NCBI GenBank assembly: GCA_043228905.1
Contig: JBHGNT010000003.1
Coordinates: 4,650,001 to 4,714,000 of the forward strand
Direction: 5' to 3'
Length of the DNA: 64,000 nucleotides
Origin: Azolla caroliniana
Lineage: Eukaryota; Plantae; Polypodiophyta
How positions within the stretch are numbered: the stretch's first letter is position 1; every line of letters starts with the position of its first letter. A program made the translations under genes and the position numbers. Positions 25,101 to 35,489 of the stretch are shown here, one piece after another. The notes below the pieces were generated by a model that searched no databases, was not told the DNA's origin, and saw nothing but the letters and a program-made list of their open reading frames with translations.

Positions 25101-25214
25101 CAATCGGACCTCCGGAACGTGTCGGACATCCTTTAGCAGCATTTTGCATCCGGTCGGGGTTGTCAACCACACGTCTCCGATGCCGGCAATCCGGCACGTA
25201 CCTTCATTTCCCAT
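22179..25214 (-). CDS. Copia pol (protease C-part, GAG-pre-integrase, integrase, RT, RNase H)
   Basis: 1011-aa ORF with LWHKRLCH, VHTDV, RADNGGEY, QMDVKTAFLHG, LLYVDDMLI, ALSTTEAEY. Confidence 0.95.
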   Translation of the reverse strand: MGNEGTCRIAGIGDVWLTTPTGCKMLLKDVRHVPEVRLNLISAGRLDDEGYTGSIRNGVMKFSKGSLIVARARKVNTLYLMNSRLCPEELNVAADTAGELWHKRLCHMSEKGMKRLAEDNLIPVKQVHLEKCTDCLAGKQNRASFHSRPPTRRSAPLELVHTDVCQVETKSHGGAQYFVTFIDDYSRKLWTAPLKTKDQVLCVFKELHARVERESGKKLKAIRADNGGEYRGQFQEYCRSKGIRLEFTVPKTPELNGLAERMNRTIMERVRSMLAHAILPKGFWAEAMSTATYVINRSPSVPLDGDTPQRVWTGKEVSYRHLKVFGCLAYVHVAKDRRGKLDPKTRPCIFLGYGDDEFGYRVWDPVDKKIFRSRDIIFMEEKTLADWESEKKMKSSKSTGEDQLYEEQSRPARDRLALEDLAEDGEETEPAEEDENDTGTGPDPEMDSDEEESEEPVTEAPERRYPLRERRAPRRFPDPEHVLLTDEGEPESFEEAKHDTQSRRWLSAMQDEMDSLHENHTYELVELPKGKRALRNKWVFKLKPGDAGNPPRYKARIVVKGFQQKKGVDFDEIFAPVVKMTSIRTVLSIAASMDLEVEQMDVKTAFLHGDLDEEIYMQQPEGFEKKGKEHLVCRLKKSLYGLKQAPRQWYRKFDSFMTDEGYLKTQSDHCVFVKKFEGGDLLILLLYVDDMLIVGRDQVKIRMLKKALHRTFSMKDLGPARQILGMHIIRDRKKKQLWLSQEKYVTKVLHRFNMSEARPVGSTLPANCKLSSKQSPKTKAEKEDMMKVPYASAVGSLMYAMVCTRPDIGYAVGVVSRYMSNPGKEHWNAAKWILRYLKGTANVCLRFGSGKPELDGFTDSDMSADADTSRSTSGYVMTYAGGAVSWQSRLQKTVALSTTEAEYMAAVEAGKEIIWMKDFIRELGIQQEEYRLYCDSQSAIHLAKNAAYHSRTKHIQRRYHWIRERIEDKEFVLTKIHTDENGSDMLTKVLIPDKLEACRKRIGLERHPMPK

Positions 25215-25270
25215 CCGAACACAGCCATGCTCACCGGCTGTGTAGGATGAGAAGTATCTTCTCTCCGGGG

Positions 25271-26251
25271 TCAGGTGGACGATGCTCCGGAATCGACCAC
25301 CCAGGTCGTCTCATCGCCGGCAATGTTTAGTTCACCTTCTTCGGTGATGAGCATGATTTCTTCCTCACTTGCCGCGAGTGCCGTTGTTCCTTTCCGGTCC
25401 TGCCCTCGCCGATCCGAACCTCTCCGGTCCGTGGCTCCCCGGTATGCACCGTTTCTCTCCGGTGACTTCTTCGAATCGGTGTCGTCGGCTCCGTTGTCTT
25501 TTCGGTAATGCCGACAATTCTTTCGGAAGTGCCCCGGCTTCCCACAGTGGAAGCATGTAGGCCTTCCTCTTGACTGCGACCGGGTCCCCGACTTCTCCCG
25601 TCTTTGCGGACTCCGGTTCCATTGTCTTCCCCGATCCGATTCGGTAAGCAGCGCCTTCGTGTCGGAGGCCGGTTCTTTATCTCTCCGACGCGCTTCTTCG
25701 TTCAAAATACTTGTCTTTACCGTTTGTAAGGACAAGTTATCTTCGGTGCACGAGGTGCTGAGAGTCACCACCAAGTTCTCCCAGCTTTCCGGCAATGTAC
25801 ACATAAGGATGATGGCTTGCATTGCATCCTCCAACGGGAACTTGATCGCCGCAAGCTGGTTCACGAATCCCATGAACGTGCTTACGTGTTCCACCATACT
25901 CTCGCCGTCCCGGTACTTGAGATTCACTATCTTCCTCATCAGGGAGGTCCGGTTCAACGCATTCTTCCTCTCGTAGAGGCCTGACAGCTTCTTCCACATC
26001 TCATATGCGTTGGTGTCGTTTGCAACATGTTGTAGTACGCTTACATCGACATATTGTCGGATCGTCGCTACGGCTTTCCGGTTCAGGAGCTTCCACTCCG
26101 ACTCAAGTACCCCTTTCGGTATTTCCGACCTGTCAATCGGTTCGTACAGGTCCCGAACAATCAGAAGATCCTCCATCTTGATCTTCCAGTCGGCGTAATT
26201 TTGTGCATTTAGCACCATCATCCCCGGCTGCCCGCTGCCGCCGCCTTCCAT
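25271..26251 (-). CDS. Copia gag with zinc knuckle and protease active site; separated from pol by a 1-nt deletion
   Basis: 326-aa ORF with CFHCGKPGHFRKNC and WVVDSGAS; restoring one T near 25279 gives SFHLTPERRYFSSY..RMGNEG in the pol frame. Confidence 0.92.
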   Translation of the reverse strand: MEGGGSGQPGMMVLNAQNYADWKIKMEDLLIVRDLYEPIDRSEIPKGVLESEWKLLNRKAVATIRQYVDVSVLQHVANDTNAYEMWKKLSGLYERKNALNRTSLMRKIVNLKYRDGESMVEHVSTFMGFVNQLAAIKFPLEDAMQAIILMCTLPESWENLVVTLSTSCTEDNLSLQTVKTSILNEEARRRDKEPASDTKALLTESDRGRQWNRSPQRREKSGTRSQSRGRPTCFHCGKPGHFRKNCRHYRKDNGADDTDSKKSPERNGAYRGATDRRGSDRRGQDRKGTTALAASEEEIMLITEEGELNIAGDETTWVVDSGASST

Positions 26252-27478
26252 TTTCTGCAGCAGTTTGCTCTGATACCAGTTTGTTGGGAATCAACTCTTC
26301 TATTCACCTTCTTCACTCGGCCACAACCGATTAATCGCGGATCAATGGAGCAGAAAATAGGAACCAAAGAGAGAAACACACGAGTACACAGGGATTAACG
26401 TGGAAAACCCTAGATGGGAAAAACCACGGGAGTACTAGGCTCCAAACAACACTATACAAAGAGAAGTATACAATGACGAGCTGCAAGGCGACGACCTTGA
26501 GCTCGCTGTCCTCGCCACAGGCGGCGGAAATACACAGAGGCGTCTACCTCTTCCTCTCTCGCGCTCTATCTCTCTCTCTCTCTCACGGCTGCTCTCTCTT
26601 CACTCCTCTTGAGTGGAAAAACAGAAAAAATGAGTAGCAACAGTAAAACTGTTTGCCCTAAGTCATATTTATACTTATATGACTTTGGGCTATTTACGAC
26701 TATAGCCTCAGGGGCCCATAGCGAACATATTCACGGATATGTCCCTGCATCCGGATCGCTCTCCGGGTACATCCGTCATCCGGCACCGAAGCCGGGGTCT
26801 TCGTCATCCGGATCCGAAACCGAAACCGGGCTCGTCGGCATTGACATCCGACCATCCCATCCGAAGGGACCGTAATTCCAACACGTTGTACTTGCTCTTG
26901 TCGAACTCGTTAAGCACCGGAGTGCTCCCCTCCCTTGTCGTTACATAAGCCGTCTCGAAGAAGTTCACGTCGACTTCCTCTTCCTCCGAAACCATGCCGT
27001 AGTCGTCATCGAATCTCGCCCTCGAAAGCATGTCGGCCATGGCGTTGCCTTTTCCAGAAATGTGTCGAACTTCCGGATTCAGGGACTTGATGTACGCTAT
27101 CCACCTGAGCATTGCTAGGTTCGGCGTCGCGCATCCGGAAACCATACCGAGGATCGGCAAGCAGTCCGTCTCAATTATCACCTCCGTCCCGATTAGGTAG
27201 TCTTTGTCGGCCTTGACCGCTGAAACGATACCCCAGAGTTTGCGTTTTACCTGGGCGTACCCTCGCTGTCATTCACTAAAGACTTTCGCGCCAAACGGAA
27301 TGGGGAACCTCGTGTCATTTTCATCCTCCTCGCTGATCACCCATCCGATTTCGGTTGGACTCGTGTCTACGGTCACATAAATCAGAATGTCTTTACCGTA
27401 GACCGCTTTACAGAGTGCCGGCGCCGCAACGAGTGCTTCTTTCAGTTTTTGAACCGACTCCGTATGCTCCTCTCTCCA

Positions 27479-29013
27479 AAGCACTATTGGAGTGAATTTA
27501 TGAGCAGGTTATATGTTGTGTGCGCATGAGAGATAAACTTTCAGAGTTTTTCAAAAGCACTATTGGTGTTAAGCAAGGATGCCCACTCTCACCAACACTA
27601 TTTGGTCTATGCATTGATGAATTGGAAGAAATGGTTCCCAAGTTTGCAAAGGAAGAATGTGTTGAAGAAGTTGCCATTGGGAATGTAGTAATTATGCTTT
27701 TGCTATATGTAGATGATGTAGTGCCTTTTGCAAATACTTTAGGAGATGCACAAAAGCTTATGAAGGCATTGGAAATTTTTTGCATGCATACTAAATTAAG
27801 TGTCAATAGCTCTAAAACAAAGATTATGCTTGTGAAGAGCCAAAAAAGAGATAAACCATGCATTATGTACAACAATGAACCACTTGAATGTGTGGAAAGC
27901 TTCAAATATCTTGGCCTTGAAGTTCCTTCAAATAATAGATGGAATGAATGTGCTACACGCCGCTTAGAGGCGGGCAAGCGAGCATACTATGCATTTGAGA
28001 ACACATGCAATCTTGGAGATATTAAGTGTTGGGTCCTCAAGAAATATCTTTTCGACACTTTGGTGACACCGGTTCTTCTCTATGGGGTGGAAGTATGGGG
28101 CGGTAGCATCCCTAAATCGATGTGGAAAGAGTTTGAAAATGTCCAAAAGCATTTTCTTACCAAGTTTCTACAAGTTAAGAAACAAACTCCCTACACCCTC
28201 CTCCTCCTTGAGACGGTATCGCTTCCCATTGAGATCATGGCCATGGAAAGGGTTGTTGAATACATGCTTAAGGTTCAAAAAAGTCCCTGACATCGACTTC
28301 CTAGAATTGCGTGGAAAGCAAGCAAAAAGATCCAAAAGACGCATAAAAGCAAAATGTTGTGTTCCGGTTGGATGCAAGATATAGAAAAATGGTTTGATAG
28401 ATGGGATGCGAGACACTTACTTCATGATGCATCATTTGATTCCTCTGTAAATGAGGCATTTTTGCAACGCCAATGTATCATGACATGGGACAAAAGTGTA
28501 GGCTCATGCTTCACACATTATACTACACATGTTGCACCTAACTACAAAACCATATTCTTTGCGGAACGGGGAAATCGTACACATCCATACATGTTAGAGC
28601 CCATACCGTTATCTACCATTCGAACCATTGCTTCCATGCGACTTAGCTCACATGCATTGCGATGTGAAACAGGGCATTGGGGTACAAGTGATGAGAGTGG
28701 TCGGCTATGCACACTTTTCCCTAAACAAGTTCGCAAGTCTGAGTATCACACTTTGATACAATGCTTTGCCTTTGATCATATTCGACCATGCTTTCCACAT
28801 CTCTTCGATCGAGCCCAATCCTTGTATGAATTCCTCTCACAACCACAATGTGCACTCTCGATTGCAACATTCATTGGTAAAGTTCTTGAACATCGAGAGT
28901 CACTACTCACTTTCACACGTATCACGTGAAATGTAATATTTTTGGTCTCATAGGTCATATTTGACCTCCGAAGACGATAATATAATCTATCTATCTATCT
29001 ACCTATCTATCTA
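27479..29013 (+). mobile_element. 5'-truncated LINE (RTE/RTEX-like) with (ATCT)n tail
   Basis: GVKQGCPLSPTLF, LLYVDD, FKYLG, C-terminal C..E.H..C motif; one stop between 27520..28290 and 28354..28929; tandem ATCT tail 28985-29013; TSD TCTCCA (27473-27478, 29014-29019). Confidence 0.9.
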
Positions 29014-30513
29014 TCTCCACTCGAATTTATGCCCTTTCTTCAGCAGTCCATAGAGCGGCTCCATGACGTGGGCGTAATGTGGGATCCAGATATGGTAGAA
29101 CACGCATGCTCGCAAGAATCTCCGGACTTCCATGATCGAATTGCATTTGCATTTCATTGCGGAGATGGCCTCTTCCTTGGCCGGCGACGGTTTCCGACCG
29201 AATGACCCGCATAAGTGTCAGACGACCATGATCTCCGATTGCCCGAAAGCTGATTTTTCCCAGTAGAAGGTGAGCCTCACGCCTCCTAGTCTTTGCAGCA
29301 CCTTCTCGCAATCATCGACGTGGTCTGCCACAAATTTCCGGCATCCGTCCGGTCCGATTGTCTTGTCCTTATCCTCCACCAGGCATCCTTTGATCACAAT
29401 GTCGTGTAAGAATGGCATGGTGATGTCTGGGATACAATCCCATAGTACTTTGTTCATTGCGTTTACCATGTGGGCTACCGAGTTCGTCCCTCCTTGCGGA
29501 AGGGTACACATCCGTACTAGGCCGAGAGCAGTCCGCATCGTCGTAATGTCCCTGCTTTCCACGACTAGCTGGAACTGATCGTATCCCGAGTACAGATCAC
29601 CGATTGAATAAATTGACCTTCCAGCGAAGGCCTCTGCGAACTGTCTATGGTTGGTCCGATTCCTGTGTTCCGAATGGTCACCTTGTTGACCGGTTGAAGG
29701 TCCTGAATGAAGCGCAGCGTGCCGTTCTTCTTGGGCACGGTAAACCACCAATTAGAATACGGGGCACTCGACGGTTCGAGGATGCCCATATCCACCTTCT
29801 GTTTCAGCAGGTCCATCAGCTTCGGGATGGGAGCTCTGGTTACTGGAATCGGTTTGAGGTTCCACGGTACATGCGGTACCGTGAAGATCACCATTGGTTC
29901 TACCATCGTTGGGTCTACGCACCCGATCTCCTTCGGCGAGAATTCGAAGGCCTTTCCGTGCCTCCTGAGCATTCTCCAAAACCTGTCCTCCTCCGCCGGT
30001 AGTAGGAAGCCACCCCCACCGACCTTGAGCTCTCGTAGCGTTATGTCGGTGAACTGGTGTCCTATGCCGGCTAGATCTCGTAAATTGGGGTCCGACGCGA
30101 CCCCTTTCATCCATAACTCGTTGCACTCTGGCAAGGGTGCCGCAATTTTGCCTCACCTTCTGGTCCCATAGTCTTGTACTTTGTATCCACTCCGGCCGTT
30201 CGATTCGACTCAAGTCCTGTACCAAAGTCATCGATGACTTTGTACATCTTTTCCAAACTTATCGGAATTGTCGGGTCTTCACTAAGGCCCTCTCTGAACA
30301 CCTCCCGTAGCTTCCCCAAGGTGTCGTCGAAAGAGACCGCCTTCACAGCTCCGTTGATTTCCTCTCCGGGGCCGAGGACTCCGCATGCCCGGAGTTGCTC
30401 TTCTCTCGGTCAACGACGCCGGCTATTGTACAACCTCCATTGTCGGAGAACCAAAACTTCCTACCTATGTTACAAGTTCTTTTGCCTACCGTACATGTGT
30501 GGGGTTTTTCCGG

Positions 30514-31203
30514 AGTCACGTTGTTACGCACGTGCGTGGAGAACGAGGTGGGACCACCGGGGTCTTGGACCTAGAAATAGCTGAGATGGAGGAGAACAGA
30601 AAGGCAACGGACGCACTTGCACACGCGCAGACACGGGAACACACGGGAATCACAGTCCAACAACACAGCAAAAACAAGATGACAAGAAGTCCGAGTATAT
30701 GAACACGTATGTATATAAATATCTATATATATATCAAGATGGTTACAACTAATAGGCCGGCAAGGCGAACACCGACGCTTGTTCACTCACACATAGAAGA
30801 GCTAGATGGAGACTCTGCCGGAAGCACACGGCTTTCCACAGAGCAGAGTCAGCCTCCCGAAACCTGCGCAAAATGGCTATGGAGAGTGGCAGAGTAGAAG
30901 GGCTCGGTCCCAGTCCGGCAACACTTCGTCCTCTCTAACGCGCGATCCCTTTTCCTTTCCTCTCCCTCCCTTTTATAGCCCAAGGAGGGAGGCCGTTATC
31001 ATCCGTTACATCATATTAACTCTCTGTCCTTTCGGACAGAGATACCCCCCTCGATTCTCTCCCTATTGAATGCATGCTACCTAGGATTTCACCTCAATCG
31101 ACTTGTACCTACTTACTATACAACAAAAAGTGTGCTCGTGTATAAGGGCCGGTTTACACACGCTAAACCCGGTTTCCGCCTAGGGACGGTTTTCTTCACG
31201 ACA
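30514..31203 (-). mobile_element. Solo LTR of Trp-family Gypsy
   Basis: Similar to 19504-20166, ends CACGACA, flanks CCGG/CTGG, host sequence rejoins. Confidence 0.85.
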
Positions 31204-32159
31204 CTGGAGTGTCCGGACTATCGCATCCCCATGCCTTGTTAGCCCTCCCTAAAAATCCCCTCGGCTTTCGCGACCGAGGGTCTCTCAGTTCCTTTCATGG
31301 TTCAGTCGTACCGTTAAAAACTGGACGGAGTGACCCCGTCCTGGCTCTTGACTCACGCGTACGCCGAGTATCATCGGATGCGAGGATGTCTCCTACATGA
31401 AGAAGTGTAGCTCCTCCGTGGCACGCGTCGCCGCTTGCATTTTCCACCTGTGCTTGGTGTTGAGCGGCCACTTGCCCTTCTTGTAAAAGTCTATGGACAT
31501 CAAGTTGATTTCCGAACCATGGTATACCAACGCCACCACCAGCTCCTGGACATCTCCAATCTTAACAGGGGTCTCCGTGGTGCCTCTGGCCCAATGTAGC
31601 CTCGAATAGTGGCTTTCCGCCAACTCGTCTTCCAGGGCCATGTCTTCTAGGTGCGTCGTTCGCACCTCCCCCGACTTCTTCAGCTCAAGCTCCGTCGAAA
31701 GCCTTTTCCGCTTAATCCAAGTCTATGATGGAGTCGTGGAACTCCTTCTTGGCGATCCCGAGCACCTCCCTCAGCGACAACTCCAATTTGTTGTCGAGGA
31801 TCCGTGCCTCCAGAACCTTTCGTAGGTCCGTGGTCCTTTCGATCTCTATGCTCAACTGGTACCCGACCCTCTTGGCCTTGTCCAGCGTGCCGGATGCACC
31901 GACATCATTCTGCTTCGGCCCGAACTAGGTCTCATACCGTTGTGAGGGTCCAACCCCCCCGGTCTTTCCCGTGCGCTTGTCCTCCACCAGAACCTCGTAG
32001 TTCTGGCACGCGGCTTCAACAAAGCCCTTCTTCTCTTCGATCAGGTCACTCCACCCGGTTACTTCCCGGACCCTCTTTCCGCGTGGTCAGCTTCCTCTTT
32101 CCTCAATCGTATGCCGGCGAGGCCTTCTAGCATCAATGGCCAAAACCCGGAGTCCTTCG

Positions 32160-32891
32160 TGTTGAGAACTTGATGTTCCTTATGTCCGACGCTCGGCCAC
32201 AACCGAGATTCTTTACATACACAGAAAAACAGGTAATGAAACGCGACACAAAAGAGGAGAAATGGTACACAGGAGGTTTACGTGGAAAACCCCAAAATAG
32301 GGGAAAAAACCACGACAGCCCACAAGCTGCAAACTGTCGCTATGTAGAAATATACAACAATGAGATCACTGAGGCAACGACCTCGTGCTCTCAGATCTTC
32401 GCCACAGGCGGCGGTTACAACAGAGGCAACGACCTCGTCTCTCTCTCTCTCTCTCTGTACAGTTACGCGCTCTGATTTCTTCTTGCACCAACAAGAAAAG
32501 AATTATCACACCAAAAAAAAAACGACAACTGCACTAAAAAAACTAAAAGTTTGCCCTAAGTCATATTTATACTAATATGACTTTTTTGCCCTAAGTCATA
32601 TTTATACTAATATGACTTTTCGGCTATTTACAAATGTAGCCTCGATGGGCTCCATCCGGCTCTCCGCAGTCGGGTACTCCTCATCCGTTCATACCGGGCC
32701 TACACCATCCGACTCTCCGCAGTCGGGTACTCCTCATCCGGTTCATACCGGGCCTACACCATCCGACTCTCCGCAGTCGGGTTCTCCCCATCCGGTTCAT
32801 ACCGTTTCGGCCTCGGCCTGTTGGCGTCGGTCGAGTTTGTTCGTCGGCACTGTTCTTCTCCCTTCCCATCCGAGGGACCTGTCTTCCAACA
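32160..32891 (-). mobile_element. Copia solo LTR with internal tandem duplications
   Basis: TGTTG...CCAACA, perfect TSD CTTCG, related to the LTRs at 21567/26282; 35-bp duplication at ~32551-32620 and ~54-bp triplication at 32654-32805. Confidence 0.92.
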
Positions 32892-33346
32892 CTTCGTCTT
32901 CCGGACTTCCTGCCGACGTTGAGTAGTGGACAGTCTCCGCCTGGCGAGCCGCCACCTCTTCCATCAACCGCTTTATTCTCCCTCATTTGACGTTCAGTTC
33001 CAGGGCCCTCCTGGTTTCTCTAGCGTGTACTCGCCTGTTCCACAGGTACACCACGTTAGACCTTATTGCTTCGACGAATTCCGCGGAGTCCTTCCGGGCA
33101 TGGCCGATTGCGTCGCACCACAAGCACTGACGCCCGGCCGGAGGCCTTCGGTCGCGGGCTTGTTCAACGCCATCCCTCCCTGCATCTACCATCTGGAGGT
33201 CCCTCACCATCTGAGTCAGCTCCTTCAGAGCCGCACCTCCGGACAGGCCCTTGACCACGCTGGTCGAAGTCGAGCCGGTTTCAAGCCAATCTCGAGTCTC
33301 CTTCCTTCGCGCCGGTGGGGGTACCTCGAGCTTCCTTGCCACTACA

Positions 33347-34572
33347 TGTCATGATATGGCAAGACTCGAACCCATGACCTTAGGTTATATGGGTCGAGCT
33401 CTTGACCATTATATCATCTATTGTAATACGTAGGATATTATTTTCATTTACATTTTATTATAGGAAATTAATGTATATTCCAAATTTCTCTGGAACATTC
33501 TAGAAGCTTCAAGATTACTCCTAAGAACACTATAAACGAGGGCACTAGGCATTATGTTGAACCAAATCGATTCAACGTCAGTCTTTAGCCTCATAGCCCT
33601 TTTGTACTTACTCTTTTGATAATATATAATATGTTATCATCATCTCTCTCTCTCTCTCTCTCGTCCTCGCTATCTCTCTCTCTCCTCTTCTCTCTTCCTC
33701 TCTCGGGAGTCTTACGCAATCCCGTCCTCTTAGTACTAATAGTACTTCCCTTCTCTAGTACTAATTCTCTCCCTATTTAGTACTATTCCTAACAGTTTGA
33801 ACCAATTTTCCCTTCTGTCTCTCTCCCTTCATACTAATCTCTTATTCCTCTTTTCTTTTCATCCCATGGTCATCAGGAATATCAATCTGTTATCTTAGAG
33901 TTTCAATGCTTGAAAGAGAAGTTCCTTGCTTTGGGACAAGAAAATGAATGGTTGTTGGGGGGATCTTCAGCAAATCTCCTTAGAAAAGCAGCAAACACAA
34001 CAACAACATGGGGAACTTGCATTACGCGTGCAACAACTCGAAGCAACCATCGTAGCGATGCAACAACAAGGCCCCGGAACACAAGGGATTCATAAGGAAC
34101 CCAAGATTGGCCTTCCCACGAAGTTCGATGGAAAACGATCGCAGTTTAGAGGGTTCCTTAATCAGGTACGATTAGTTATTTAAATACATCTTTCCTGATA
34201 TCCTACCGATGCATCACAAGTGGGTTTAGTAGGGACACTGTTAAGTGGCTCAGCATTGGCATGGTTCGCTCCACTGTCGGAAAAGGAGTGTCCATTACTC
34301 AACAACTTTGAAGAGTTCATAGGTGAGTTTAAAGCATGCTTTGGGGATACTGATAGCATAAGAACCGCAATCAACAAAATCCGGCGATTACACCAAGGAG
34401 ACCATCCAGCCTTTGCATACGCTGCAGATTTCCGCCTACTCGCCGTTGACATCCCTTGGGATGATCAAGCGTTGATGGAGCAATTCCGTTATGGTTTACA
34501 CAACGGTGTTAAGGATTTACTCTTGACTTTCCCTGAAGAGCCAAAGTCTTTAACTGAAGCAATCAGTCACGC
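33347..34572 (+). mobile_element. Tcn1-like element 5' LTR (33347-33794) and degenerate gag
   Basis: LTR homologous to 17677-18095; gag KEPKIGLPTKFDGKRSQFRGFLNQ, LLSGSALAWFAPL, RRLHQG, QFRYGL. Confidence 0.9.
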
Positions 34573-35489
34573 TGTCGGGGTAGTTGTGGTTTGTGCGGCG
34601 AAGTCGCGGGGACTAAGGTTAAGGGGAGTTGAAGAAACTTAACTTTTAATAAGGCTTGTATGGTGATGTTAGAAAGGTTAAGAGTAGAAAGAAGAAGAGT
34701 TACGAGTAATGTGTGTGAGAGAGAGACGAGAATAGATAGAAGATAGAGACAATATATGATTCAAGAAACAAGATAGAGACAAAATATGATTTAAGAAGGA
34801 AGATTGAGACAAAGTATGAATCAAGAAGCAAGAATATTTGATATAAACATGATGAAAAAGACAATATTTTACCAACTTTACAATCTTTGATCGTAAACTG
34901 AACACATTCTCTACCGACCCTTGATTTGAATCCTCGACTTCAACTCTGAGAGACAAGACACTTCCCCAAATGAGCTAGCTTCTTTGCTTGATAAATTGTC
35001 TGATTTCTTACTTTCTCCTCCTTGATTCCTTACCCTATTTTCCCCTTGCCCCTCTTTATATAAGTGTTGCCATGCATATGGTAATTAATGTATGGGAGCA
35101 TGGCATGCATGCAATGCATGAGTTACATGTAATGCATGATCGCCATTTGGCGCACATGCATTGCAGGTGATGAATGATGGCTATGTATGAAAATAGATAT
35201 GGGATAAGTATAATGATGAAAATGTATTCTAAAATAACTAACCTAGCTTAGTGGTGTATGCTTGGTGCTTGGTATACAAGGTTGAGGGTTCAAGTCCCTC
35301 AATTTTACTTAATACAATATATAACTTCATTCTTATATCATGAAGCACATTTGTACACACTTTTACAAATAAATAGCCTAGCCTAGTGATATGCACATTG
35401 TACATCGTTTATAAGGATGTGGGTTCAAGTCTCTCAAATATTATTAAATACAACATTTAAGCTCATTTTTATATCGTGAAGCACATTCT

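Larger units (their letters stand above)
21567..26883 (-). mobile_element. Young, near-intact Ty1/Copia (Tork/Tnt1-like) LTR retrotransposon
   Basis: 602-bp LTRs 21567-22168 and 26282-26883 with one visible mismatch, perfect TSD CGTTG, PBS-Met 26267-26278, PPT 22169-22180. Confidence 0.98.
19504..33346 (-). mobile_element. Degenerate Trp-family Gypsy (3' LTR 19504-20166, integrase to gag), host of four nested insertions
   Basis: LTR TGTCGCG..CCACGACA with reverse PPT at 20167; integrase (TTAYNPEANGKVERGH), RNase H (IIETDCLP), RT (LPQGGTNSVAHM), protease and gag pieces in order; 5' end lost. Confidence 0.88.

Noticed and set aside
25271-25285. Programmed gag-pol frameshift in the young Copia
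   Set aside because: No slippery site, the break falls inside the protease, and Copia elements normally have one ORF; a 1-nt deletion explains it.
19504-31203. LTRs 19504-20166 and 30514-31203 as a pair
   Set aside because: The second has its own TSD and interrupts the pol/frameshift region, so it is an independent solo LTR.
17677-33794. LTRs 17677-18095 and 33347-33794 as the two ends of one element
   Set aside because: The first follows a PPT (3' LTR) and the second precedes gag (5' LTR); flanks do not form a TSD, so they are separate copies.
35240-35300. Functional tRNA gene
   Set aside because: A and B boxes and a T-arm are present, but there is no convincing acceptor or anticodon stem; it is part of an LTR repeat.
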